The notes: a model not told the origin generated them from the letters alone. Positions 47,771-62,170 are shown, numbered from the stretch's first letter. The stretch: DNA of 64,000 nt from Oopsacas minuta (GCA_024704765.1 JAKMXF010000055.1:256353-320352), one strand, 5' to 3'. Program-made: numbers and translations.

Positions 47771-49115
47771 TATCGCGGCGCGAACATTTTCTGATTATGC
47801 TCGAATTTATCATGACAGAATATTGATATTTCGTACAGTAAAATCCTTAAATCCTATGGTATAAATCTTGAAACTGTAATTGTATTAATTTACTCTCTAC
47901 AGAGTTTCAAAACTAACATTTTCTGATATAATTGATGAGTAACCAATCAAATGACGGAATTTTGGCCTAAAATAGTTTGTAGATTGCGAATGATATCAAA
48001 TATCAATAATTCATTTATTTAGGCCAAATCTGAATTTTAAAATTTATCGCAACTAATAGAATTCCTTAACACTGACTTGACGTATCCCTGGTCCCAGTCC
48101 ATCAATCAGTACAATTGCCTTTGTGTATAGAATGCTATCGTATAACATTGCTAAATTATCTGGATTCCAAACCCAAATATAGTGACTCCTCGCTTTGTTG
48201 GATAGGCCAGATCCTTGGACCGCCCCATTGACTGTATATCAAGGATAATAAACATGTAAAAGAAATATATTCTTAATTCATGCCCGCTCATAATGGCAAT
48301 ATTGGCGCCTATGCTTTGTTGGATCGGATATTTACCCTGGATTAGTAGTTATGCTGCCTGAATGTCGTTCTACGTCGTTTAGATGCACTCCTAGCTCCTA
48401 GCTTTGTTGGAGGGGATTCATATAAAACATAAAATAACCAAATCGACCATCCATTGTTAAACATATACATATTTGGGGACCATTCTTATCTAAACAATAT
48501 TATCGACAGGGGTTAATTACCTACACCATATAGTCTTGACGAAATGGTACGAATAATCTTTCAAAAATCTATTTAGGTGTATGCCAAATGCGATAAACAT
48601 GGCCGTCATGTATGAGAGGATCTGGGCGTGTAGGGCTATCCTTCCCCAAATGCAGTGGTTCTCAATATGTTTTCGCCCGCGAACACCCTGCCATTAAACA
48701 TAATAAAAAATCTTTTAGGGCCACGGACCCTAGGTTGAAAATCACTGCCAGAAAGTCTAAACTCCAAACCAGTCATAAAACGTGGACATATTGTGTTCTT
48801 GAGGTAGAATTGGTACCCAGTGTATCATCCCGACATTTGGAAAGGAGGCAAACTAGAGATTTATGTGGAAATGAAAATTGTAATTCTAGCGTGTATAACC
48901 TCCCCTAATCCACGTCATTTCGTGATGCTCACTTCTTGCCAATCTAAGGCGGCTACGCCCTAGATTGGGATTTATGGGCCCCAATAGTTTCAAAGATTAA
49001 ACAATGATTATTGTTTATTAAATTATATGAAATATCTAAATAAAGAACTAATACATGATAAAATTACTTAATGCCTCATAAACTAAAATGTCTAAGTTAT
49101 ATTCAATTTAAACAA

Positions 49116-52100
49116 TTATCTAGCCCAATTATGTTTTTGTGTATGTTGTTGTAACATAAGACGAATACATTCATCCATTTCATTCTCAGTTAAAGATCGA
49201 TTTTGAGAGGAATAGGCCTTTGCTTGCCATGCATTTACAAGTTTGGTGATTTCCCTCCCAGAAAACCCATCAATTCTGAGAGAAATATCTTGAAACTTAA
49301 TATCGTAATCAATGATTGGCAATGATATCTTGCCCCAACCAAATTTATTCGAACGAATCTTAGAATATAAAAACTTAGTGAAATAATACTTGAGCATTTT
49401 GACACGTTCTTCATTATCAGGGAGACCTACTTCAATTATATCATCCAATCTATCTAATATCGCAGAGTCAAATTGGTAAGGTTGATTTGAAGAGAGAACT
49501 AACATATAACGCTTTGAGGTATCGCCAGTTAAATATAGAAATGCGTTCAGTGAACTTCGTAAGTTCTCACTCATTGATTCTGTACTACGATTTTTTAAAA
49601 ACGCGTCAGCTTCATCAATAAATATTAATACACCCTTTCTGCTTGTATTAGCCCACTTAAAGAGTTTGTGAATTTCAGTCACAGAATTAATTCCCAAAGG
49701 AACAATGTCGCCCCCTGTGAAGAGAGCATAATCCAACCCAGAATTCCAAGCTAGGCTTTTGGCATAGAGCGTTTTACCAGTTCCAGGGGGGCCATATAAG
49801 TATAAATTTCGAAAATTTCCATTATTAGTACGTGTATAATAAGTTGCAAGTGCAACATCCTGTAGTCGATTAGCAAGACCTGGATTGAAAAATATACCAT
49901 CCATAACAAATTGAGGACGAGTGAGTAATCGGCGTGCCATTTGAGGAAATATCCGAATTGGATTGAGTAGACTTATGCGAGATGTATCTCTTACTAACTT
50001 AGGCTTACCAATAATTGATTCTAAAAAGCTTCTTGTAAATATTGTAGCATTCTTTGCTGTATATATTCCTAATGCTAAAAGAGATATGCTTCCTACAAAA
50101 GCGCCCAATTTTGAGAAATCTGTTAAAATATTCACGACTCCGCCAGCAATGTTTCCATTAATCTAAGAAATACAAAATCACATGAATATAGTTCAATATC
50201 TCTGTACCTAAGTTGTTTAATACGTCTTCAACGAAGACTTATTTCGTATTTATAATTCGTATTATACGTTATATCTACAATTTTTAGTGACATAATTACT
50301 ATTAGGCTAATTTCTGCAATATATGCCGGGAACTTTTGTCGCCGGCTATTAGCATAAGGAACTCTTACAATATCGATTATTTCTGTTGATGTATTGATGA
50401 AAATAGATATTATATTGAAAAATCCCCTGAAGGTAAAATTATGTGCTAGGCGCCTAAAATATACCGATTTTCGAGCTAGTAAATATGTCAATACGGGTGT
50501 GGAATCAAGGAGATATTAAATAAGTATATCTGCATCCCGGGACCCGAGCTAGTGTGAATACTCGTATAACATTCCCCGATAAAATAGACCCTGATCCCTC
50601 CCAATGGAATTGTACATAAATAATTAATCTATATTATTAAATCTCAATTAACGTCTGTTTGTTTGTCTGTCCGTTGTCAAGGAAAGATTTACGGTTTGCA
50701 ATTTTGAAATTGTCGCATAACTATGTATATGTAGAGGTAGTAGCCGTAATAGTCAATTTAGTGTCAGTACGGAACCAAAAATTGTGGCCACAGGCCGCGA
50801 CGCGTTGAACAAGTAGCATCTATATAGAGGTCATAGTAATTGGAAATGGTAGAGGACAGCTTTGGGCAGTGAAGGTGACCGTTATACAGAGGTGGCCGTT
50901 AAGAAGGTTTTAAGTTAAAATAAAAACAATGATCGTACTTTCATTTATACAGGAACATAAACTAAGATAAAGACAGTGCATATGCAAGTAAACTAAAGCG
51001 TCTGAATATAACAAGAAACATGAACAGGTCTGCCCATCTGTTCTTCTTTCCATAGTCGCCGATCTTTACAGGAACCAGTCTCTATCTAGGGGCCGATGAC
51101 GTAATTGTCACCTTTTTGGATGTTCGAATAAGCACATTTATTGTACACTAGTATTTCATCTAGCCATCCCCTGACGTTTGATTCTAGATCTATCCCTGCT
51201 ACTCAGCAAATATACCGGTTGGGTAAAAAAAAAACGGGCCACGTGCATTTTTAAGGCCACCTTGGACCTATTAGTCAAACAAAGCAATACTGTTCTATTT
51301 ATTCTCTTTTAAGATATGTTAGATAATCCAAAGATGAAGTAATAGAGTATTCAGTATATTTCTTGATGAATTCATAGAATTTTTGAATCGCGGTCTTTCA
51401 AGGAAATTGCACAATTTTTTTGCATATATTCGATGTCAAAAATGCGGCCTGGAAATCGAGAATTCATGGTTGGGTTAAGAGTTTTCAGACTGGGAGAACT
51501 GTAAAACCTAAATAGTAAGTCTGAAGACTGTGCAAGTCATTCCGAGAGAAATAGTTCGGAAGAATGTAATGGGAATTTTGCTTTAAAAATCCAAAATGGA
51601 AATATTTTATGGTGTTCATCTTGGACATAAGCTCTAATCCTCTTACACTTTCAACCTACGATAAAATAGCTTCTATTCATCTTGTACACCATTTCAGCTC
51701 TAGAACTATAAGGTTTTGTTAATCTCTCCCAAATATTATGCACATTCGAAGCAATTTGTTCGGGCCCGTTTTTTGGCCCACTCTGTATATGGTAGATTGT
51801 TGGAATCAGTGAAACAGAATCGCACCAAGTACTTCCCAGTGGACCCCCTCCCCCCAGCTCTCCTAACTGGGGGGGGGGGCGGACTCCCTAGAACCCCAAC
51901 ATCGGTGCCTATACATCTCTTGGGATAAACCATTCAAACAAGGAGACATTTACCATGCCAGCACATGAGGGTATTAAAAAATAGGTCAGAAGATCCAATT
52001 TTTGATCCGGATAAACAGGGATAGACCCTAGTCCATACTGTTAAGTAACTAATTTAAGTTGTGAAAATTTTTTGTGAAGTGTATATAATACACAACGAAA

Positions 52101-53237
52101 AATCGCTTTTGTTAAAATCTATATGAAATTTTCACAAATCTCACAAGAGTATCACTAGAATATAACCGTACTGGTACAATTACCAAGAATGATTTTCACC
52201 TAAGAAATGATTCTTGGGTATATTTGCATCTGCCGTGTCCAGTTTTGAATATATAAACGTAACTAATGATAGTGCGTTTACAAAGCATTATCTCCTACAT
52301 ATCTCTGATAAATTTGAGTTCTTTATCAAATAATTTTGAAATATTTTTAAATTTGTGGGGCGAACTTAATACAGGCCTGAAAACCCCTAGCCCTCTGCTA
52401 ATGTAACAACCCTGATCAAAACTACTCGGCAGTGAACAGCCTTATGAGTTATGACAATATAGGTCAGGATGGTCGTTGGCTCGTAGCTCGAACATATGGT
52501 TTTGACTATATGCGTAATTAATAGAATGATAACCATAGATAAATCCTTACCTCACTAATTGATTTCAATACTGTACTTCTTCGTTCTTCTTCTTTTAGTC
52601 GTATTTCTTCAAGCGTTAGATCATGATTATTTCTCTGAATATCTCCTTTAGCTAGCATTTTAGCTTTAATCTTTTCTAATTCAGAACCGAGATTTAATTT
52701 ACTTTCATATTCTAATGTATTCTTTCGATAAGCCTCTTGTCTTAGCACAGATTCTTCTTGTGCCTTTAAATTATCGGAGTTAACCTTCTTCTGTTCTTGT
52801 AAAAGATCTAAAGATCTTTTTCGTTCCAATTGATCTTGATACTGAAGTAATCTTTGCTTTTGTTCAGCTTCTTGAAGCTGATATTGTTTTTTGGCATCTT
52901 GATCCTGTTGGAAAAGTTTCGATTTTTCATGAAGTAAATTAATACGCAATTGCTCCTGTTGGAGATCCATTTCCTTCCTCCGACTTTTTTCTTGTTCTAC
53001 TGTAACTTCTAAAACCTTCGAAGCATGAGGTGACATATTAATTTGTTTAATTGCATTGGCTGCTCTTTCAAATCCGGTAGGATCTATAGTTTGAAGAGAT
53101 TGTGTTGATGAAGCTATTGGATTACTGGGAACAGGATCAACTCTTGGTTGCAAATTCTGAGTCACTGTTGTCACTGGACTAGAATTATCTGACGTTAACC
53201 AGTTTGAAATCGAAGATATTCCAGGAATCCAAGACAT
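49116..53237 (-). CDS. ATAD3: ATPase family AAA domain-containing protein 3 (mitochondrial); exons 53237..52551 and 50162..49116, about 577 aa
   Basis: DPTGFERAA and coiled-coil N-terminus; GT donor at 52550 and AG acceptor at 50164-50163, phase 0; KPKLVRDTSR, Walker A GPPGTGKT, Walker B FIDEAD, GFSGREI. Confidence 0.95.
51215..51785. mobile_element. Tc1-like non-autonomous element in the ATAD3 intron
   Basis: Imperfect TIRs C(A/C)G(A/G)(G/T)TGGG..AAAAAACGGGCC, TA flanks. Confidence 0.55.
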
Positions 53238-54352
53238 GACCAATAATATCAATATTGAGTAATAATTACTAGAGAAATGTACATAAAGACAGTATGCAAA
53301 TATTCAATGTAATAGCAAGATAGAAACCTTCAGAGGGTGTTTAAATAGGATTAAAATCTCAGGTTGATCGGACAAATCTCCGACACGCTAATGGCGGATA
53401 GAAGTTTTCGGAACCTTATCATCAGCTAATTAAAATTTCAAAGATCAATATCTCGAGTTAGAGATGAAATATAATTGAACCTATGACTGTGATGAATGTT
53501 CAAAGTTAGGCCCTCTATAAGGTGATAGTTTTTAACACCTTTGATGTGACAATGACGCATCATATCATTGTTTTGGTAATTTTAAGGATTGGATGATCAG
53601 TACACACTCGATATTGGTACCAAAGGTGTCAAGTCATATCAGACTAATTCACTCGCAAACAAATTGGACTATGGAGTTTTAACATATTTAGAGTTTAAAA
53701 TTTTGCTTGTGTCATAATCGCGTAATTCGATTATATTATTACCCTGAGCAAATGTATACTTATTCATATACACAAAGTAGAGTCAATCGGAAAATAATCC
53801 AAACCATGCATTCTAATACACTAAGACACTTGTACCATGGATGGGTTAATGCCGTTCAATGCAGATATTGTAAATTATGTTTAGCTTCAAATATATCATT
53901 CAAATTTGCAAAATGGTGGATCTGAATATACTATGTTAACCAGTATTACTCAATCTACTCGCCTAGATAAAAATCTATTAGATTTTGAGAATATAATAGA
54001 TTATTATTGACAATTCTAAGGTAAAATTACAAAATAAAGCAGTTCAATAACAATAAAACAAAATTAAAACACCAACAAAAGCAGCACACATCTTGTATCT
54101 TGAATGGAATGAGTAATAAGGTTTAGTACCCAAATATTAATCTTCATTGAGGTTCAGTACCCATCTACTAACCCTTCACTGCGGTTTAGTATGCCTCAAG
54201 ATCGTAAAGTTTACAGGTGTAAATTTTCCAAATTTATCTAGCCAGGATTCCAGAAATTCAACCAATTTACTACTTACGCAATAAAATCTATTCGTGAATC
54301 ATAATAGCACAACAGAGCTAGAGCAGAGTATTATTGGAAATTTCAAAACAAG

Positions 54353-57300
54353 GATTTAAGCTCATTAGTATTATTGGACCAGGGACAGTCTTTCACCGTG
54401 AGATTTTAACTCATCTATATTAAACGACTGTGAATTTGCAAGATATTCGACCAGGATCATTTCAATCACTAATTTGTCCTACTTGTACTAATCAGATTTA
54501 CCCGAAATTAATATCATTCGGTAGAAGAGTGTTGGATGTTATATAGAATATAATTTTCTTAAATATTTTTAACTTTTACCTATTTATTTATGTCATGATG
54601 AGTAGGGTCGCTTCTCTATCAAAAAAGACGACCTAAAAGTGAGAATTCAAATTTGAATTTTGTCTCTATATTTGTGACCCGTGGACGTTGATGTAAATTA
54701 AATTTTCATCCAAAAATTCCTAAAGCTCGGGAGATACAAGTATTTAAAGTTGAAGACAGAGTTATATTGGAGGGGGTGAGTATCATTTTACAAAAGTAGG
54801 GTCAGTTCAAGTTAATATTTGATATCCCAAATCGAACTCAAACTATTATATTTTGATAACAATAGATAGCTGAGACATGGATGTATACCATTACGTCGCT
54901 ATAATCATGAAATTATGAAAGATAGAGTCACAATGGGGTTCTAAAAAGCATAATTGTCGTGTTTTTTATGTATTTTCGAAATTTCAAAAATAATAAATTC
55001 CCAGAATCGCCTGAAACTTTACAAGCTCCGTCTTTTATATTATATCATTCAATTTCCTTTACAAACAACAGGGGTCGCTAGTACTTTTCTAATGAATATT
55101 ACAAAAATAATATTTTGTGAAAATATGTTTTTCCACTACATATCATTATTCACATTGTCTAGTACAATACTAGATTATCTCATAAGACTAATGAGCATGA
55201 CTGTTATCTATGCACAAAGAAACACATGTTATAACTCTTCTCTTGGTTTCCATTCTAATGTTGCTACAACAAACGAATAATCAAACCGAAAATACTGAAA
55301 TTACGAATTACATTTTCTATTTTTATCCATCACAATGAAATATACATATTGACAAATGGAAGTCCGACATTTCGCTCCACTTTTGATTGGTCAATTTTTG
55401 TAAATAATTTAACAGGTTTTACATGGCTAAATAATTGAACTAATTTCTTGTCCTGAATTCGTTTGGTTAATTCTAACTTAAATTAAATTGGTTTACCAAT
55501 TGCTTTGCAGAATTTGCTAAATAAATTAATTAAGTAGCTTGTATAGATTCATTTAGATTGTGGTCGAAAATATACATAATTTATTATTAGACGATGACAT
55601 ATATAATTACGTAGTAGTTATTACAAACTGGTATAGCTTCAAGAGCAGTTGACTAGATCTTATTGCATTTGTTTCAATCAATTTTAGCGTCCTGGCGGAT
55701 TCAGTGGGTGCTAAAACCTGTTTTTCGGAGCCCGCTTCTTTGTGCTTCTTTGTCCCGGTTGAATTCCAAATTTCCAATAGACATTAACATTAATTTATTT
55801 CAGAATTACAGACACGCCATAATTCCGACTTCCAGCCATTTATTAGTACCAAATTATATTGATAACCCCGAAATTACGGCCATTTACCTGAATCCAAGGG
55901 TAACCGTAATTCAGATGTTCCACTGTACATATATGTGTGTGTGTGTGTGTGTGTTTGGCATGTATACTCGCAATGAGATCTAGATGTGCGCGGTTATCGA
56001 AGTGCTGAGCAGCACGCTCTGTGTTGGTTCTTCCTCTGTTGACTAAAAACATTATTTATTGATTATACATGTATACTGCCCACCGGCACCACATACGATG
56101 CAACAAAGCTGCGTCCTGTAATGTTTGCTTCATTTATGTTTGCATTATTTTATATATACGAGCGAGTTTCGCTTGCGGTTTACGATCACGCTATTAGGGG
56201 GAAATCAGGCCTGACTAAGCCAATGTACAGATGGCCAATTAGAAATGTTTTAAGTTTACATTTCATTGCTTTTGTCGAGATTACTGAGCCAAAGCTCTTT
56301 ATAGATCCTATTTTCCCAGTTTAAATATGCACTACTTGTATTATGAATAAGTAACTTGCAAGAAATATAATTAATTAATTATACATTCATCTAATAACAA
56401 ACAGAAGACTAAACAAAACAAATAGAAGCTAGAAAACTAAATTATGTTTTACTTGGGTGCAGCTACTACACTGTTCACTTCAATTGGTAGCTGCACCGTC
56501 AGGAATGAAGTGGAAATCAGGAGAGAGGTAGGAGAGAGGAGGTTTGACACATTGGCAGTGTGAGCAGAGAGGAGAGTGTAAAGCAAGGGTTCATACGAAG
56601 GGAATGGAGATAGTGAAGCGCATGAATGGGCATCTGTATGTACCTGATGTGCAGGCTACGGCCTGCTGTGAGATAAAGGCCGGCATCAAGAGGAAAGCAC
56701 GGGACACACAGGATAGCTCACACCACATAATCGGTGAGGGTATGCTAACAGCATCAGAGGGTACTGCTGCTAAACTACCTAAGCTGAACAGCGTGCAAGT
56801 GTATTATCAGCTCCAGTGCAGCCTACCGCCCTAGCAGAGTTGGTTCTACCTGTAGAATACTAGCGGACAGCCAAGGGGGAACAGTTCCTACTCTATGACT
56901 CTGGGGAAGACGATGCACATAGATTCCTCATCTTCGGGATGCTACAGCAAAGCAAGATCTGGCTAGCTGATGGCACCTTCAAAACGGCGCCCCCCTTCTT
57001 CGCCCAGGTGTATGTGGTGCATGGACTCCGAGGAGGAGACGATCCTATGAAGACTGGTCATCTGTTGCCGAGTCTGTTCGTGCTACTGCCCAACAAGACA
57101 GAGAATACCTACCGTAGGGTGTGGGAGCAGATCCACCTACTATGTCCTCTTGTCCAGCCTGAACAGATACTCCTACACTTTGAGAAGGGCGCAATTAACA
57201 GCTTTGAGCATGTCTGGCCTAACACAGTGGTGAAGTGCTGCTTCTTACACCCCACACAGAATACCTGGCGCCATGTGCAGTCTGCCTACACACATGACGA

Positions 57301-59511
57301 AGAGCTGGCCATGCGCATCCGAAAGATACCAGCCCTTGCATTCGCCCGACCAGCAGACGTCCCCAAACTGTTTGAGCAAGTGGCATGGACCTCCCCCTTA
57401 CGTCTGAGATAGGCGAGCTAGTCGACTACTTTGAGAGGACGTATATCGGTCGCACGCTAGCCAGTGGATACCATGTAGCGGCGACGTTCCCCATTGACCT
57501 GTGGAACTACCACTTCAGCACGCCCTTCGGACTACCCCGTACAACCAACCCCGTAGAGGCATGGCACCGCAGCTTCAATGCCACTGTCGGCTGCCATCAC
57601 CCCACCATATGGAAGTTCCTCCTAGCCCTCAAGCGTGAGCAGGGCCTAGTGGAGGTGCGGCAGACTAACTACCTTGCCGGGAAGCCGCCAACCAAGCGGT
57701 GGAGGTCCAACAGAGTGGACAAGCGTTGAAGACTCTAGTTGGAAAATATTATTCACCAAATCGTACCAAGATGGAGTTCTTGCAAGGTGTAGCACATCAT
57801 TTCAGTCTTGGGGCGGAATAACATGTTAACCTAAAGTATTATCTCAAAATCAAATTTATTTGAGGTATAGATAATACGAAAGATTAACATCTGTTCTCAG
57901 GCTGAGATGGTGGATATATTCTCCAACTAGAGTCTTCAACGCTTGTCCACTCTGTTACGGTTACCCTTGGATTCAGGTAAATGGCCGTAATTTCGGGGTT
58001 ATCAATATAATTTGGTACTAATAAATGGCTGGAAGTCGGAATTATGGCGTGTCTGTAATTCTGAAATAAATTAATGTTAATGTCTATTGGAAATTTGGAA
58101 TTCAACCGGGACAAAGAAGCACAAAGAAGCGGGCTCCGAAAAACAGGTTTTAGCACCCACTGAATCCGCCAGGACGCTAAAATTGATTGAAACAAATGCA
58201 ATAAGATCTAGTCAACTGCTCTTGAAGCTATACCAGTTTGTAATAACTACTACGTAATTATATATGTCATCGTCTAATAATAAATTATGTATATTTTCGA
58301 CCACAATCTAAATGAATCTATACAAGCTACTTAATTAATTTATTTAGCAAATTCTGCAAAGCAATTGGTAAACCAATTTAATTTAAGTTAGAATTAACCA
58401 AACGAATTCAGGACAAGAAATTAGTTCAATTATTTAGCCATGTAAAACCTGTTAAATTATTTACAAAAATTGACCAATCAAAAGTGGAGCGAAATGTCGG
58501 ACTTCCATTTGTCAATATGTATATTTCATTGTGATGGATAAAAATAGAAAATGTAATTCGTAATTTCAGTATTTTCGGTTTGATTATTCGTTTGTTGTAG
58601 CAACATTAGAATGGAAACCAAGAGAAGAGTTATAACATGTGTTTCTTTGTGCATAGATAACAGTCATGCTCATTAGTCTTATGAGATAATCTAGTATTGT
58701 ACTAGACAATGTGAATAATGATATGTAGTGGAAAAACATATTTTCACAAAATATTATTTTTGTAATATTCATTAGAAAAGTACTAGCGACCCCTGTTGTT
58801 TGTAAAGGAAATTGAATGATATAATATAAAAGACGGAGCTTGTAAAGTTTCAGGCGATTCTGGGAATTTATTATTTTTGAAATTTCGAAAATACATAAAA
58901 AACACGACAATTATGCTTTTTAGAACCCCATTGTGACTCTATCTTTCATAATTTCATGATTATAGCGACGTAATGGTATACATCCATGTCTCAGCTATCT
59001 ATTGTTATCAAAATATAATAGTTTGAGTTCGATTTGGGATATCAAATATTAACTTGAACTGACCCTACTTTTGTAAAATGATACTCACCCCCTCCAATAT
59101 AACTCTGTCTTCAACTTTAAATACTTGTATCTCCCGAGCTTTAGGAATTTTTGGATGAAAATTTAATTTACATCAACGTCCACGGGTCACAAATATAGAG
59201 ACAAAATTCAAATTTGAATTCTCACTTTTAGGTCGTCTTTTTTGATAGAGAAGCGACCCTACTCATCATGACATAAATAAATAGGTAAAAGTTAAAAATA
59301 TTTAAGAAAATTATATTCTATATAACATCCAACACTCTTCTACCGAATGATATTAATTTCGGGTAAATCTGATTAGTACAAGTAGGACAAATTAGTGATT
59401 GAAATGATCCTGGTCGAATATCTTGCAAATTCACAGTCGTTTAATATAGATGAGTTAAAATCTCACGGTGAAAGACTGTCCCTGGTCCAATAATACTAAT
59501 GAGCTTAAATC
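54353..59511 (+). mobile_element. Mutator-like (MULE) element with 1,557-bp terminal inverted repeats
   Basis: 54353..55909 is the reverse complement of 57955..59511; it was identical at every segment I compared and the mirrored 108-aa ORFs are identical. No clean TSD. Confidence 0.88.
56500..57821 (+). pseudogene. FLYWCH-MULE transposase, decayed
   Basis: WQC..CKARVH..GH (FLYWCH-like), LADGTFKTAP, RTTNPVEAWH..HPTIWKF. Stops, frameshifts, and the DFE motif reads HFE. Confidence 0.88.
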
Positions 59512-60689
59512 TCACTCAACAGATCTCATAATGTAACGATGTAATCAAATTCATAAAATTGTGGTAAATTTGAGACCAGTGCTACTTGTATATCTATTTT
59601 CGGATTCTCCATATGTGTGGTATTTGGATTTAAATTTCTAGCATTCACTTTAATCTAGGTTACACCATAGGTAAAAATATATATTGAAATAGGAATTGAA
59701 TGAATAAAGTTACTCATAGTTTGGCCTTTCCCTCATATGAGTCATATCCTCTCTATAGGGATTGCGCTAAACCACATCTCACAATTCTTTAACTATGTGA
59801 AATGAGAAAGTAGGATCGATGCTCCCAGCTCTTGTAATTAGAATTACAACCTGATACCACCAAATCACTTTCGTTTCAATCAAAAATGAGTACAGGTCTC
59901 CCTCGCCGTTCGAGAGGGTCACGTTCCTGTAAATTGCCGAATGACAAATTCCCGAACGGCGAGACTAATGCTTAATGAGAATAATGGGTTACGTTCCTAG
60001 ACTTTAGGACAACACACACACAGTGCTACTAAACACATTCAAAATCAAAAATAGATCATCGTTATGATTGAAATTATTGGCTATTCACAAATAGAGTTGA
60101 AAATCAAGAGTTTTGATACTTGGCCATTGGGCAAAGAATGGAAAATCTTGTTTGTTGAAAATATCTTTAGTCTTAACACAAAAATACTACAATATTTGAA
60201 GTAGTGAGTTACATGATATTTATAATGCAAATGGGGAAATACATGCTCGATACAGATGATGGTTATAGAAATATAGGAACAAATAACTTATTTATAGCTC
60301 AACCATACTATAGTACAGTTTTTGTGTATTAGCTTTTCTATGTTCGAGGAAAGGTCATTTGTTAGGCCTAATGAAAGTCACCTTTTTGGAATTAGGGTAT
60401 GGGTTTTTGTATTACAAAACTGTACTATACTATAGTTGAGCTATATATAAGGAATCTGATATAGGAAATATTTAGAAAAAAAACTGTAGAAATTTCTACC
60501 AAATTGGTGATGTGTAGGGAAACCGCGAATAGCCGAGGGAATTAGTCGCGAACAAAACCAACATAAAATATCATCTGAGAATAGTCGAAACCACGAACGG
60601 TAAACTCGCGAAAGGCGAGGGTTGCCAATATTCAAGTAATAAAGTTTGGTGAACCGGGCTAGCCCATATTAAGCCCCGGAGATAATTTA

Positions 60690-60900
60690 GGCTAGCCTAG
60701 ATTAACATCCTAATATCGTATGTCCTGAATTGAAGTATACTCATCAAGCGACACGCTGAATCGCATTCCATTCTCTAGTGAGATCTGTAATTCGGATGTG
60801 ATTGATTCCTTGATGTGTTTCGCATACCTGATTACCATCATAGAAATGTACACAGTGACTTTTGCCTGGAATAAATCCTCAAGGAAGCAATGCAGAATGA
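60690..60900 (-). pseudogene. hAT (hobo/Hermes-like) transposase fragment
   Basis: My translation MRFSVSLDEYTSIQDIRY*DVNL resembles the FSxxxDEWTS..RY motif. Confidence 0.55.
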
Positions 60901-62142
60901 ATAAATTAGCATTGACGAATCTTCAAATAGTAAATCTCATCCTCAGCTGATAACCTAGCAATTACTTCATCCAAAATTTTTGCGCCTGCAGTGTGCAATG
61001 ATTTAAACCAATCGAATATCGTTGGTGGAATCATTGGATGGATTGATAAATAATTGGGGCCAAATTAGGAGTTATCTTAATCATAAGAGGACAAATATCA
61101 CGAAAATTGAGTATCGAGCTATTAATACCATGTTAATAGATCATTTAGATTTTCGATGGTCGATACAGGGGCGTAGAAGCGCCTCAAATATAGTGGCCGT
61201 AAATTTACCAAACTGGTAATGGTAGACCAAACCAAATATATTAATGTTTCCATTATGTTTATGTCATCTTTTTCATCAGTTATTCCCTAAAGGACTGGAA
61301 TTCTCCCCTGGGGTTGATAAATTTTCTCATTCTATACGTAATACTCATTTCGGTACTGGTTCCATCTTCCATGTATTTTGTAAACATTTATATCTTCGTT
61401 TCCTTATCATAACTATTTTACAGTTTACCTAGCAAGTAAATTTGAAACCCTAATGGATTAAAATGTTCTGAACGAAGCTTCAGTCATTTGATAATAATTA
61501 AGAATGTCCTTAGGGCAACAATGGGTAATTACAGGTTAGGAATACTATTAAATTTGCCAAAGGGAAAAGTCGTAAAAAGAAATTCATTTAACAATTTCTA
61601 TCACTTATAATCCAATATGTGACTTTCATAATGTGACATTTGCTACTGAATTTGTTCCATGATTTCCAAAAACTGGTAATTACTATTTAGCAGTAATTCT
61701 GGCCCCCCGGAAAGGGCCCCACGAGCCTTAGCTATGGCCCTTGGTCGATATGTGCACAACTAGACTCAGCTAGCCTAGCGGCATAGAAGAAGGGATCACT
61801 CGATGGGGTTAAGACAAATTTTGAAATTGTCATGTTGTCATATTCCTACCTTGTAGGGGAAATATCTCATAATATTGTGAAAATTTGATGCTGAGCACGA
61901 CTGTACGAACCTGGTGGTTAAAAGTGTATTTGCTGTTAAAAGATTATCGCTTGGTGAGTGTATTAGCGAATTAGCAGATAACAGCCATTTACAAAGGCCA
62001 GAAGGGGTAGAAAATGTAACCTTTTGAATTCTTCCTATCAAAAATAAGGATCTATGGTCATGGGAAACATAGAGAAAAAGTTTGGCGCTTTGTCAGGGAT
62101 ATTCAAATTTTCCCAAATATGTGCTTAGGCTGTCTGACTAAG

Positions 62143-62170
62143 ATATATATATATATATATATATATATAT
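62143..62170. repeat. (AT)14 microsatellite
   Basis: Direct reading. Confidence 0.95.

Larger units (their letters stand above)
45221..48139. mobile_element. Non-autonomous P-like element (CATAGCATTC family) containing nested insertions
   Basis: About 70-bp TIRs; perfect 7-bp TSD GTATAAC; terminal base G changed to C on the right. Confidence 0.85.

Noticed and set aside
54954-58910. Mirrored 108-aa and 105/106-aa ORFs
   Set aside because: They are by-products of the inverted repeat; low-complexity AT-rich translations with no motifs.
61022-61219. Possible second hAT fragment on the plus strand
   Set aside because: Similarity is too weak to call.
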